Of a stretch of 64,000 nt of DNA, positions 9,038 through 18,549 are shown piece by piece. Position 1 is the stretch's first letter; the number at the start of each line of letters is the position of its first letter. The position numbers and the translations under genes are program-made. The DNA is taken from positions 30,521 through 94,520 of the forward strand of contig DAIQOR010000001.1 in assembly GCA_036787775.1 (NCBI GenBank), given 5' to 3'. The stretch comes from a bacterium (lineage in GTDB: Archaea > Nanobdellota > Nanobdellia > Pacearchaeales > GW2011-AR1). The notes under the pieces are model-generated. The model did not search any database. It saw only the letters and a program-made list of their open reading frames with translations, and had not been told where the DNA came from.

Positions 9038-10171
9038 ATGAAAATAATTCTTTTTTATGAGTTTCTTTCTGAACAAGGGGGTCTAGAGCGAGAGATAATT
9101 AATCACGCAACCTTTCTAAAAGAGGAAGGGTATGAGGTTTTAATTTTAACTTGTCATAAAAGTAAAGATATAGAAAAACTTTTACCCTTCGGAGACTTAA
9201 AAATTGAACAAATATCCTCGGTAAAAACTCCTTTTCAAACAATCAATCTCGCCTTATGTTTTTTAGGTTTTAATAAAATTAAAGAATTTAATCCAGATTT
9301 ATTTCTCAGTTATAGTTTTCCATGCAATTTTCTTTTAAGAAAAAAAAGACAGAAAAAAATAAATTATGTGAACCATTTTCCGCATTATCTTTATCTGAAA
9401 GGAAAAGAAAAGTTAGAATGGGCAAATTCTTTTGATAGAAAAGTTTCACTTGTCTTGGAATTTTTTCTGGGAAGATGGTTAAGAAAGAGAGACAAAGAAT
9501 TATTGAAAGAAAATAAATTATTATTTGTAAATAGCGTATTCACTAAGAAAAAAATAGATGAAATTTATCAAGTAAATTCTATTGTGAGTTATCCACCTAT
9601 AGATCCAAGAATAAAGCCAGTAAAATCAAATCTTCAAGAAAAATTTATTTTCTCTTGTGGAAGAATTATTCCCGATAAAAAATATGAGTGGTTAATTGAA
9701 TCTTGCTCTAAGATGAAAAATAAATTGCCCCTTTATCTTGCAGGCCAAGGAGATAAAAATTATATAGGTTCATTAAAAAATTTAGCTAAGAAATATAATG
9801 TTAGATTAAAATTTTTAGGCAAGTTGGATACGATGAAAATAATAAAATATTATTCTTCTGCAGAAGTTTTCGCTTTTTCGACCCCTGGAGAAGATTTTGG
9901 ATTAGTGCCTGCAGAAAGTTTAACTTGCGGAACTCCTTGTGTTGTGTGGGAAGATTCTTCAGGACCAACAGAACAAATTGTTGAAGGAATTAACGGATTT
10001 TTAGCAAAACCATATGATTTACAAAGTTTTGCAAATAAGTTGGATTTAGTCTTAGATAATAAATTTAAAGAAAAAAATAAAAAGAAAATTTTGGATTCTT
10101 CAAAAAAATTTTCGGCAGAAGAAGTAAAGAAAAGTTTTATTAAGGAGGTAAATTTAATTTTTAAAAGATAA
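9038..10171 (+). CDS. Glycosyltransferase family 4
   Basis: C-terminal GEDFGLVPAESLTCGTPCVV GT4 motif; 377 aa. Confidence 0.7.
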   Translation: MKIILFYEFLSEQGGLEREIINHATFLKEEGYEVLILTCHKSKDIEKLLPFGDLKIEQISSVKTPFQTINLALCFLGFNKIKEFNPDLFLSYSFPCNFLLRKKRQKKINYVNHFPHYLYLKGKEKLEWANSFDRKVSLVLEFFLGRWLRKRDKELLKENKLLFVNSVFTKKKIDEIYQVNSIVSYPPIDPRIKPVKSNLQEKFIFSCGRIIPDKKYEWLIESCSKMKNKLPLYLAGQGDKNYIGSLKNLAKKYNVRLKFLGKLDTMKIIKYYSSAEVFAFSTPGEDFGLVPAESLTCGTPCVVWEDSSGPTEQIVEGINGFLAKPYDLQSFANKLDLVLDNKFKEKNKKKILDSSKKFSAEEVKKSFIKEVNLIFKR

Positions 10172-10173
10172 AA

Positions 10174-11184
10174 ATGGAAGAATTAAAAAAATTTTATTCT
10201 GGAAAAAAGGTTCTTGTAACGGGGGGGGCAGGATGTATTGGAAGTTGTTTAGTTGAAAAATTAGATGAATTTGGGGCACAAATATCAATCTTAGATAATA
10301 TGATGAGGGGTCAGGAAGCCGTTAGAAATTTAGAAGGAGTATTAAATTCTACAAGTACTCCTCCAAAGATATTTATCAAAGATATCACAGATGTTTTCCA
10401 AGTAAAGAATATTTTTAAAAAAGAAAATGGGTTTGATATTGTATTCCATTTAGCAGCATTACCTAGCCACAGACTTGCTTTAGAAGATCCAAGAGCTTAC
10501 ATAGAAACAGATGTAATGGGAACCACAAACATTTTGGAGGTTGCGAGATTATCAAAAACTCCAACGGTAGTTTTTGCTTCGTCAAACAAAGTTTATGGAA
10601 AGCAAACGCCCCCATTTAGGGAAGATAAGCCTTGTTTACCAGAAGGTCCTTATGCTTTAGCAAAGTTTCAATCAGAACAAATATGTCAAATGTATTCTAC
10701 TTATTGGGGGTTAAATACTCCTGTCGTAAGATTCCATCATGTTCTTGGACCACGAACTCAACCAGATAGAGAAATTTCTATTTTTACGGAACAAATAATT
10801 AAAGGAGAGACTCCAAAAGTTCATGGGGTTTATGAAGGAGAGATATTTATTTCCTGCGCAGCAGATTACACAGATGTTAATGATGCTGTTGAAGGAGCTT
10901 TAAGAGCTGGAATGATTAAAGGATTTGATACATTTAATTTAGCTACTGGAAAAGTTACAACTGTTGAGGATATTGCAAAAAAGATTATGGTCAAATTAGG
11001 AAAAGATATCCCAATAGAATATAAAAAAATGTTATCTCACGAAACTTTAGTTCATTTATCAGATATTTCAAAAGCAGAAAAGATTCTTGGATGGACTCCA
11101 AAAAGAACGGTTGATGAATCAGTAAGAGATTATGTTGATTGGAGATTAAAATTTGGTAAAAGGCCAGACGCCTTTTATAAATAA
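10174..11184 (+). CDS. NAD-dependent nucleotide-sugar epimerase/dehydratase (extended SDR)
   Basis: VLVTGGAGCIGSCLVEKL Rossmann, ASSNKVYG, YALAK catalytic motif. Confidence 0.7.
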   Translation: MEELKKFYSGKKVLVTGGAGCIGSCLVEKLDEFGAQISILDNMMRGQEAVRNLEGVLNSTSTPPKIFIKDITDVFQVKNIFKKENGFDIVFHLAALPSHRLALEDPRAYIETDVMGTTNILEVARLSKTPTVVFASSNKVYGKQTPPFREDKPCLPEGPYALAKFQSEQICQMYSTYWGLNTPVVRFHHVLGPRTQPDREISIFTEQIIKGETPKVHGVYEGEIFISCAADYTDVNDAVEGALRAGMIKGFDTFNLATGKVTTVEDIAKKIMVKLGKDIPIEYKKMLSHETLVHLSDISKAEKILGWTPKRTVDESVRDYVDWRLKFGKRPDAFYK

Positions 11185-11189
11185 TTAAT

Positions 11190-12581
11190 TTAAACAAAAT
11201 CTATTGTCAAAGCCATTCTTATATCTTCAAAGAACGTTTTTTCTTTAAAACTTTTTTTAAGTCTTTTTAAAATAAAATTAGGATTAAGATAAACTTTTCG
11301 GTAAAATTTTCTAAAATATTTTTCAATTAAAGGCCAAGATAAATTTTCATGATTATAAATTGATGAAGGCGTTGAATAAAATTTAAATTTTTCCCAGTCA
11401 TGCGTTTTAATCAAATTTTTTTTATCCAATTCATTAAACATTTCTGTGGCAGGTAAAGGAATTGTAATACTTATTTTTGCCAGATCCAAATTAAGTTCTT
11501 TTGCAAAATCAATTGTTTGTTGCATTGTTTCTTTAGTTTCTCCCGGAAGTCCAATCATAAAAAATCCCGCAACTTCCAGTTTTGCCTTTTTAGCCAATTT
11601 TACTGAATTTCTAACTTGCTCTAAAGTTATACCTTTTTTAATATTATTCAAAATTTGTTGGTTTCCAGATTCAATTCCAAAATAAACTCGATAACATCCA
11701 GCTCTTTTCATTTTGTCTAATAATTCGAAGTCAACTCTATCCACTCTTATTCCTGTGATTGTACTCCATGCAAGCTTATTCTTTTTTTCAATCAGCAAAT
11801 CACAAATTTTTTTAGCCCGAGTCATATCTGTGGTAAATCCATCATCTGTGAGATGAACTTCTTTAAAACCCATTTTTTCTATCTTGCTAAACTCTTGTGC
11901 CACTCTTTCAGGAGATTTTACTCTAAACGTTCGTCCAAAACAACTTTTATTACAATAGATGCATCCATAAACACAACCTCTGGAAGTTTCAAGCCAGGCC
12001 ACAGGGTTATTTTTTGCAATTGCCGACGGGACTTTATACTTTTGAATTTCATAGAGGAAATGAGCTGGAAAAGGTAATTCATCTAAATCTTTAATAAAAT
12101 CCGCCCGTTTATTTATTTTGATCTCATTCTTGACCCTATATCCAACCCCTTTAATAAAATTTAATTTTTTCCCTTCAACAAGTTCTTGAATCACAAAATC
12201 TCCTTCCCCAATCACAACGATATCTAAAATTGTTTCCTCTAAAACTTTTTCTGGAAAAGAAGAACAATGGGGCCCCCCGCCAACAAGAATTATTTTTTCA
12301 TTAAAATTTTTAACAATCTTTGCAACCCGATTAGCTTCATTAATTAAAGGTGTAACAAAACTAATTCCCACATAATCTGGATTAAATTCTTCTAATAATT
12401 TTGAAAATTTTTTTTCATCATAAAGATTAAAATCAAAAATTTTCACTTGATGTTTTTTTTCAGTTAAACTTCCAGCAATACAGGCAAGACCTAAAGGAGG
12501 TGTGGAAGGAGCAATCCCTTTCAAACTGGTCTTTTCATAAATTTTTTCAAAAGGAAGATTAACTAAAATTATTTTTTTCAT
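11190..12581 (-). CDS. Cobalamin(B12)-binding domain radical SAM protein
   Basis: N-terminal B12-binding-like domain; CxxxCxxC = GCVYGCIYCNKS; 463 aa; paralogous in architecture to 1185..2726. Confidence 0.7.
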   Translation of the reverse strand: MKKIILVNLPFEKIYEKTSLKGIAPSTPPLGLACIAGSLTEKKHQVKIFDFNLYDEKKFSKLLEEFNPDYVGISFVTPLINEANRVAKIVKNFNEKIILVGGGPHCSSFPEKVLEETILDIVVIGEGDFVIQELVEGKKLNFIKGVGYRVKNEIKINKRADFIKDLDELPFPAHFLYEIQKYKVPSAIAKNNPVAWLETSRGCVYGCIYCNKSCFGRTFRVKSPERVAQEFSKIEKMGFKEVHLTDDGFTTDMTRAKKICDLLIEKKNKLAWSTITGIRVDRVDFELLDKMKRAGCYRVYFGIESGNQQILNNIKKGITLEQVRNSVKLAKKAKLEVAGFFMIGLPGETKETMQQTIDFAKELNLDLAKISITIPLPATEMFNELDKKNLIKTHDWEKFKFYSTPSSIYNHENLSWPLIEKYFRKFYRKVYLNPNFILKRLKKSFKEKTFFEDIRMALTIDFV

Positions 12582-13291
12582 TTTTTAATAAAACCGAGCC
12601 GGTGTTTGAAAATTAACCACAACATTCCTAATCCTATTACAAATGTTTTTTTGAAATCTCCCGTAGCTGAAGAAACTCCGACTCTTCTAAGATATCTAAC
12701 AGGAATTTCAATAAATTTAATATTATTTCGGATAACTTGCAACATCATATCTGGATTAAATTCCATCCCAGTAATTGTAAATTTATTTTTAATTTTCTCA
12801 TAAGCTTTCCGATTAATTAATCTATAAGTGCATCCAACATCTGAAAGAAAATTAGTTCCAAACATAAATTCAACCATTTTTGCAACAGCAAAATTTCCCC
12901 ACTTCAAAAACCACCCCATGTTTGCGCCACGACCAATCATAATCGAAGTTGTCCGAGTTCCAAAAACCACGTCAAAATTATCTGAATAAGCCAAAAATTT
13001 CACCACATCATTTGGGTCAAAAGTTCCATCTGGTTCGGACATAATTATCAAATCTCCAGAAGATTCGTACAACGCTCTACGATACCCCCAACCGAACCCT
13101 TGTTTTTTTTCCAAAAAATATTTCGCATTCGTTTTCAAAATCTCTTCTTTCGTGCCTTCACGAGCGTTGTTATCCACAGCAATCACTTCGTCAACATAAC
13201 CTGTTTTAAACAACCCATCAATAAATTCCCTTATGGAATCTTTTTCATTATACGTCGAAAAAACAACCGAAACCTTTTTTCCTTTCCACAT
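12578..13291 (-). CDS. GT2 polyprenyl-phosphate glycosyltransferase (Dpm1/AglD/AglJ-like)
   Basis: VSVVFSTYNEKDSI, VIAVDNNAREGT, 237 aa soluble GT-A typical of dolichol-phosphate sugar synthases. Confidence 0.65.
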   Translation of the reverse strand: MWKGKKVSVVFSTYNEKDSIREFIDGLFKTGYVDEVIAVDNNAREGTKEEILKTNAKYFLEKKQGFGWGYRRALYESSGDLIIMSEPDGTFDPNDVVKFLAYSDNFDVVFGTRTTSIMIGRGANMGWFLKWGNFAVAKMVEFMFGTNFLSDVGCTYRLINRKAYEKIKNKFTITGMEFNPDMMLQVIRNNIKFIEIPVRYLRRVGVSSATGDFKKTFVIGLGMLWLIFKHRLGFIKK

Positions 13292-13313
13292 AAATTATCA
13301 GAACTTTTTAGTT

Positions 13314-14999
13314 TTAAATAGTTAATTGTTCAAGGTTATAGATATAAAATTCCCCAATTTTCACCTCTGGTTCAAATCCCTCAACAGGATAATATTTTAC
13401 AACATATTTAGATTTTTCTAAAGCTTCCTCTTTTGGAATTGGTTCAACTATTCCAGAATAAATTCCGTTTGGCCAAAAAAATGAATCATTCATTTCAGAG
13501 TTTTCAAAACTTTTTTTAAAATATTCAAATAGATATTTTGAAGAAAAATTTAATAAAGGTTTATCATGATCATTAATATAAAATTTTCCCCCAAAATAAT
13601 ATCCAATTGCTTTGGGGCAAATAACAACATCCTCTTCTTGAGTGTGTTCTTGAAGATAAATTCCAACTTCTTTTATATGTGATTCATACATCACATTTTT
13701 TGTAATGAAATAACCAGAATAACTTAAACTCAATAAAACTAAAATTAAAATTAAAGTAGTCCTTCTTTTTCGTTTATCAATAAATAAAACTCCCATAAAA
13801 GGGATTGAAGCAAAAATATTCATTAAAAAATCTGGAAAATTTGTGGCTTTTATTAATCCTGCACTATTGTAAATTGTTGGTTGGGGATTTAATATTAATA
13901 ATAAAATAATTGAGATTAGAAAACAAATAATTACTATCACAATTTCTTTTTTATCCATGTTTATTTTTTTCAAATTTGAATAAATAAACATCCCAATTAA
14001 AATGAATATTGCAGGCAAAATTGTTGCAAAATAACGAGGATATCCAAAAGCTGGACGAGGAACAAGAAAAAAGAAAATTAAAATAACTAAAGAATAAATT
14101 AATAAAATATTAACGAGGTTACTTTTTCTTTTCAAAAAATAAAAGAAGCTCCAACACATCAAAATTACTACCGGAAAGGTCAAAAGCCGAATAAACTGGG
14201 CAATATTCAAAAAGAAACTTCCAAGATAAATTCCAAGGGTTGAAAATTGAGAACCACCAATATTCGCATTATGAATTAAAAATGAAAAGAAATTTCCAGG
14301 CTCAATAAAAATACTATAAATTCCCCAAATAATCACAAACGAAAAAAAAGAAATAAGCCCAATTTTAAAATAATCATAAAAATCCTTCTTAAACTCCTTA
14401 TTAAAAAAATAATATATTCCAATTCCCACATAAATTAAAAAAGCCATTGGATATCTATTTCCAATACTAAAAAGTAAGAAAAAATAAGATAAATAAAAAT
14501 GAAATTTTTTGTGTTCCTGATGATATCTGAGAATTGAGTAAATAAATCCGAAGGTAAAAAACATAGAAAGAATATCGATATCAATAATCACCGAGGAGGA
14601 AAAAACATAATAATTAATCATAAAAAAAGCACAAGAGATTAATCCAATCCACTTTCCTTTTTCTTCACCAATTATTTTATAACAAAATAAATAAATTAAA
14701 AAGGCAGTTAAAATAACAAAAATAAAATTTAGACTTCGAAGGATAATTTCACTCTCGCCAAATCTCATAAGTAAGGATAAAGTCATAATGTAAGTCGGAG
14801 GATGCCACAAAGCAAGTTCTAAAGGCTGTTGTTCTGAATGATAAAACAAAGGATGGCCTGTTTCTATTAATGCAATTGCCGGATTAACAAAATCTGCTTC
14901 CTCCCCCGTAATCTCATTATTTAGAGAAACCACTCGAAAACCAATGCCCAGTAAAATTAAAACTAAACAAAAAATAATTAACAACTTTTTAATATTCAT
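13314..14999 (-). CDS. GT-C fold membrane glycosyltransferase (ArnT/PMT-like) with C-terminal extracytoplasmic domain
   Basis: Many TM helices then about 130-aa soluble tail; 561 aa; adjacent to Dpm1-like GT2 (donor/consumer pairing). Confidence 0.5.
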   Translation of the reverse strand: MNIKKLLIIFCLVLILLGIGFRVVSLNNEITGEEADFVNPAIALIETGHPLFYHSEQQPLELALWHPPTYIMTLSLLMRFGESEIILRSLNFIFVILTAFLIYLFCYKIIGEEKGKWIGLISCAFFMINYYVFSSSVIIDIDILSMFFTFGFIYSILRYHQEHKKFHFYLSYFFLLFSIGNRYPMAFLIYVGIGIYYFFNKEFKKDFYDYFKIGLISFFSFVIIWGIYSIFIEPGNFFSFLIHNANIGGSQFSTLGIYLGSFFLNIAQFIRLLTFPVVILMCWSFFYFLKRKSNLVNILLIYSLVILIFFFLVPRPAFGYPRYFATILPAIFILIGMFIYSNLKKINMDKKEIVIVIICFLISIILLLILNPQPTIYNSAGLIKATNFPDFLMNIFASIPFMGVLFIDKRKRRTTLILILVLLSLSYSGYFITKNVMYESHIKEVGIYLQEHTQEEDVVICPKAIGYYFGGKFYINDHDKPLLNFSSKYLFEYFKKSFENSEMNDSFFWPNGIYSGIVEPIPKEEALEKSKYVVKYYPVEGFEPEVKIGEFYIYNLEQLTI

Positions 15000-15526
15000 T
15001 TTAAAATTTCAATTTCAAACAAAGCTTCTGAACAAGGAAGAATCCAACAAAAAAATCGCTCATAGATTTCCGGATTTAAATTTATTAAAGGATTCATAAA
15101 AATGTTTAAAAATGGAAATGCTAATCTCGTAAAATTTAATTTTTTACTTATTTCTTTAATAAATATTAATTCCTTTGGCTTTTCATAATTTTTGTTGAAT
15201 TTTTGATAATAATCAAAAGTAAAGTATGAAAAGAAAGTTTTGTGAGTAGCGTCTCGATAAGTCACGCCACAACTAAAATGGGGGACACGAATTATCCACT
15301 TAGCATTATCTTTAGAAATTCTCTTCATTTCAAGCAATGTTCTTTCAAAGTCATTTACATGTTCTAAAAAATGCGACGTATAAATCTCATCAAATTCATT
15401 TGCTTTAAATGGCCACGGAAATTTATTTGTATCAAAAACAACATCAACTCCTTTTTGGTCAACGAAATCCAAATTTACATAGCCTTCTTTTATATCTTCC
15501 CCACAGCCCAAATTAAGTTTTTTCAT
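14996..15526 (-). CDS. Class I SAM-dependent methyltransferase (Methyltransf_11-like)
   Basis: LNLGCGEDIKEGYVNLD motif I, 176 aa. Confidence 0.65.
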   Translation of the reverse strand: MKKLNLGCGEDIKEGYVNLDFVDQKGVDVVFDTNKFPWPFKANEFDEIYTSHFLEHVNDFERTLLEMKRISKDNAKWIIRVPHFSCGVTYRDATHKTFFSYFTFDYYQKFNKNYEKPKELIFIKEISKKLNFTRLAFPFLNIFMNPLINLNPEIYERFFCWILPCSEALFEIEILK

Positions 15527-16311
15527 TTTTTATTTACCAATTTATCGCCAATTATTAAAATGAATTTTACAGGTTTTAAAAGTTCTGCGAAAGGAGAATA
15601 TATTAGTCTCAATCTCACTGCCCCCAAAAGCATCTGAAGAGGAGTTCTTGAAGAAAGAATCTTGGACCCTTTATCATCATCCTCCCATTTTGTCGGAATC
15701 TCTTTAATTTTAAATTTATTATTTTTGCAAACAAAAAGCAAATTTATGTCAAACGCCCATTCGGTCAAAACTAATAACGGATGAATTTTTTCTATAACTT
15801 CTCTTTTGAACATTTTTGCCCCACATTGAGTATCCTTTTGTTTAACCAGCCCCATGCTCCGAACAGCAAAATTAAACACCCTGCTCCGAACATACTTTCC
15901 TGTAGAACGAATAACTTCCGAGCCATTTATCCATCTCGAGGCAATAGTCCCGTCGACCCCTTCAATGTGAATTATTAAGTCATAAAAAGCTTCTGGAGCG
16001 GTCGACATATCCGTGTCGACAAACCCAATTAAATCATTATCTCGCTTCAGAGCGTCCTTAAAACCCTCTGTAATTGCAAATCCCTTACCTCCTTGCTCAA
16101 ATTCTAAAAATCTTATCTCTTTGTACGTCTTTTTATATTCTCTAACAACATCCAAGGTCTTATCTGTGCAAGCATTCAAAACAACGAGAATCTCAAAATC
16201 AGTAATTTCTTTAATTTTCTTCTTCTCTTGAAAAAATTCAGAATAAGCTTCCAAAGTTCTACCTATCCGAAACTCTTCGTTATATGCTGGCATAATAATA
16301 CTAATTTTCAT
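15523..16311 (-). CDS. GT2 polyprenyl-phosphate glycosyltransferase (Dpm1-like)
   Basis: ISIIMPAYNEE, VVLNACTDKT, FVDTDMST DxD-like; 262 aa. Confidence 0.65.
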   Translation of the reverse strand: MKISIIMPAYNEEFRIGRTLEAYSEFFQEKKKIKEITDFEILVVLNACTDKTLDVVREYKKTYKEIRFLEFEQGGKGFAITEGFKDALKRDNDLIGFVDTDMSTAPEAFYDLIIHIEGVDGTIASRWINGSEVIRSTGKYVRSRVFNFAVRSMGLVKQKDTQCGAKMFKREVIEKIHPLLVLTEWAFDINLLFVCKNNKFKIKEIPTKWEDDDKGSKILSSRTPLQMLLGAVRLRLIYSPFAELLKPVKFILIIGDKLVNKK

Positions 16312-16315
16312 CCAA

Positions 16316-17542
16316 TTACCTTAATTTCACGAACAAGAAACTGAATATAAACATTATGGTATTAGAGAACATAAAAGCCAAAGTGTATTCTAACACGTTA
16401 CTATGGAAGAAAGAAAGAAGAACAATCTCAATCACCAAGAATATCACAAGGAATTTGCTATATCTCAAATTGTTTGTTGATAGCCCATAGACAAGAACGA
16501 GGTTACTCAAAGATAAAAGACTAAATGCAATTCCAGAATAAACCAGATAAGGTGCCATTTCAAGGTATTGGGCTCCATACAAAATTTTAATTATTAATTC
16601 CGGCAAAAGATAATAAAATAGGGCTACAATAAAACAAACGAAAGAGATAATTAAAAAAGATTTCTTAAAAATATTTAATGAATTTTTATTGTCGTCACTT
16701 TTTTCAGAAGTTAAAGGGAACATTACCTTATTTATTGCCGCAGTTCCGAAAAAGATTATTTTTCCTAACATCGATAAAACTGCATATTGACCAGCAATCT
16801 CTGGAGAAAAAAATCTTTTTGCCAAAAGAATATCTAAACTAAAAATTAAAAGTATGACGGCCATTGTGACAAAATAAGGAACGCTCTGAAAGTAAATTCC
16901 CTTAAATTCTGTCGCTTTTTCGTCTTTATGTAAAACATCTTTATTTGAATAAATAGCAAATATTAAACTTGCCAAAGTTCCCAAAACGGCCCCAATCATC
17001 GCCCCAAAAACTTTGAATCCAAATAGCACGAAAGAAATAGCAAAAAATAATTTTAAAGTGGATTCAATTATCATGTTTCCTCCCAACGCCCCAAATTTTT
17101 TACGTCCCTGCAAAACACCTCTTGCGACGGGATTAGAAAATGTTACGAAAATTAAAAGGTTGGTAACAAAAATTAACCAAAAACTTATTCTTAAATAAAT
17201 TGAAAGAGGTATTGCAATAAGTGCAAGGATTAAAAAAAGAATTCCTGAGATAGAAACGGATTTTTTCAAAGATTTTTTCAATAAATATTTTATTTCGCCA
17301 ATTTTATTTTTAGCATTTAGATTAGAAGTCAATTTGGTGATAAGATTTTGAATCGCTTCAGCAGGAATAGTATAAATATAAACGAGAGACATTAGCACGG
17401 CAAGCACACCATAACATTCAGGCCCCAACATTCGCCCCATTGCAAAATGAAACAAAAAATTCAAAACATTGTAAATGTTCATAGTAATTAATAATACAAT
17501 AGTCCCTTTTCCTAATTCTCCAAAAAAAGATTTCCCAGTCAT
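16316..17542 (-). CDS. Oligosaccharide flippase (MOP superfamily; Wzx/AglR-like polysaccharide biosynthesis protein)
   Basis: 408 aa, about 12 TM, position immediately upstream of GlcNAc-1-P transferase and aglB. Confidence 0.55.
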   Translation of the reverse strand: MTGKSFFGELGKGTIVLLITMNIYNVLNFLFHFAMGRMLGPECYGVLAVLMSLVYIYTIPAEAIQNLITKLTSNLNAKNKIGEIKYLLKKSLKKSVSISGILFLILALIAIPLSIYLRISFWLIFVTNLLIFVTFSNPVARGVLQGRKKFGALGGNMIIESTLKLFFAISFVLFGFKVFGAMIGAVLGTLASLIFAIYSNKDVLHKDEKATEFKGIYFQSVPYFVTMAVILLIFSLDILLAKRFFSPEIAGQYAVLSMLGKIIFFGTAAINKVMFPLTSEKSDDNKNSLNIFKKSFLIISFVCFIVALFYYLLPELIIKILYGAQYLEMAPYLVYSGIAFSLLSLSNLVLVYGLSTNNLRYSKFLVIFLVIEIVLLSFFHSNVLEYTLAFMFSNTIMFIFSFLFVKLR

Positions 17543-17543
17543 T

Positions 17544-18548
17544 TTAACCAGCGTAAATTCCCCCGAAAAGCATTAATCCGACGAGAATAATAATTATTTG
17601 GAACAAATTAACTATATAAACAACTTCTTTTTCATAAACTTTTCCACTCTTTTTAATTTTCTTCAAAACATAAATTGCAATATGTTCTAATCCATAAAAC
17701 TTTTCGTAAGGAACATCCAAAGTTCCGTCTTCTTGAACTTTCCCAAAACTCTGTTTCCTAAGTTTACCTCTTAATTTTAAACCAGTCTCAAGAATATACG
17801 GAATAAAAAAGAACACTGCTATTTTTTCCACATTTCCTAAAATAGCCATGCAAGCAATCAAAGCACCGACGGAATATGTCAAAACATCTCCAGGGAAAAT
17901 TTTTGCAGGGTATTTGTTAAAAACATAAAAAGCCAACAAACAAAAAATCATCACAAGCCCAATTAATGCCAACCAACTATTTCCAGCAATATAATTAACA
18001 AAAGATAGAGCCCCCAATAAAATTATTCCTTGACTTGTTTCAATTCCATTATAGCCTGCAATAAAATTAAATGTTGAAGATGCTCCAACAACTCCAAGAG
18101 GAATTAAAATCAAAGGATACCATAAACCAAACTCGATTCCTATCATACTCGATTCCCCCGCATTTATTACCATCAAGGGTATTGCTGCGAAAATCAAAAG
18201 TAAAATTCTAAATCTTGCTGAAAGCCCACCCTTAACCCATCCAAAAATGTCGTCGACAAATCCAATAAATCCCGCAAGAAAAACAGTCATAAGCAAAGCA
18301 AATATTTGAGTCGTATAAATATCTGTTTTCAAAATAAATGTTTTCAAAGCAATGTAAAGTAATACTCCAAATAAAAATCCAAATAAAACAATTATTCCTC
18401 CAGAACCAGAAACATTTTTCGGATGCCCTTTTTTATTCATATCTTCCCAAATTAATCCAATGTTTTTTGCCTTCTTAATCCACAAAGGTGTAAAAAATAA
18501 AGTAACAAGAAAACTAAATATCAATGAGATTATAAGTAATGATTCCAT
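17544..18548 (-). CDS. UDP-GlcNAc:dolichyl-phosphate GlcNAc-1-phosphate transferase (MraY/WecA/AglH family)
   Basis: Polytopic; conserved FIGFVDDIFG aspartate motif of MraY/WecA family; start set to ATG at 18546-18548 directly abutting aglB stop. Confidence 0.7.
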   Translation of the reverse strand: MESLLIISLIFSFLVTLFFTPLWIKKAKNIGLIWEDMNKKGHPKNVSGSGGIIVLFGFLFGVLLYIALKTFILKTDIYTTQIFALLMTVFLAGFIGFVDDIFGWVKGGLSARFRILLLIFAAIPLMVINAGESSMIGIEFGLWYPLILIPLGVVGASSTFNFIAGYNGIETSQGIILLGALSFVNYIAGNSWLALIGLVMIFCLLAFYVFNKYPAKIFPGDVLTYSVGALIACMAILGNVEKIAVFFFIPYILETGLKLRGKLRKQSFGKVQEDGTLDVPYEKFYGLEHIAIYVLKKIKKSGKVYEKEVVYIVNLFQIIIILVGLMLFGGIYAG

Positions 18549-18549
18549 T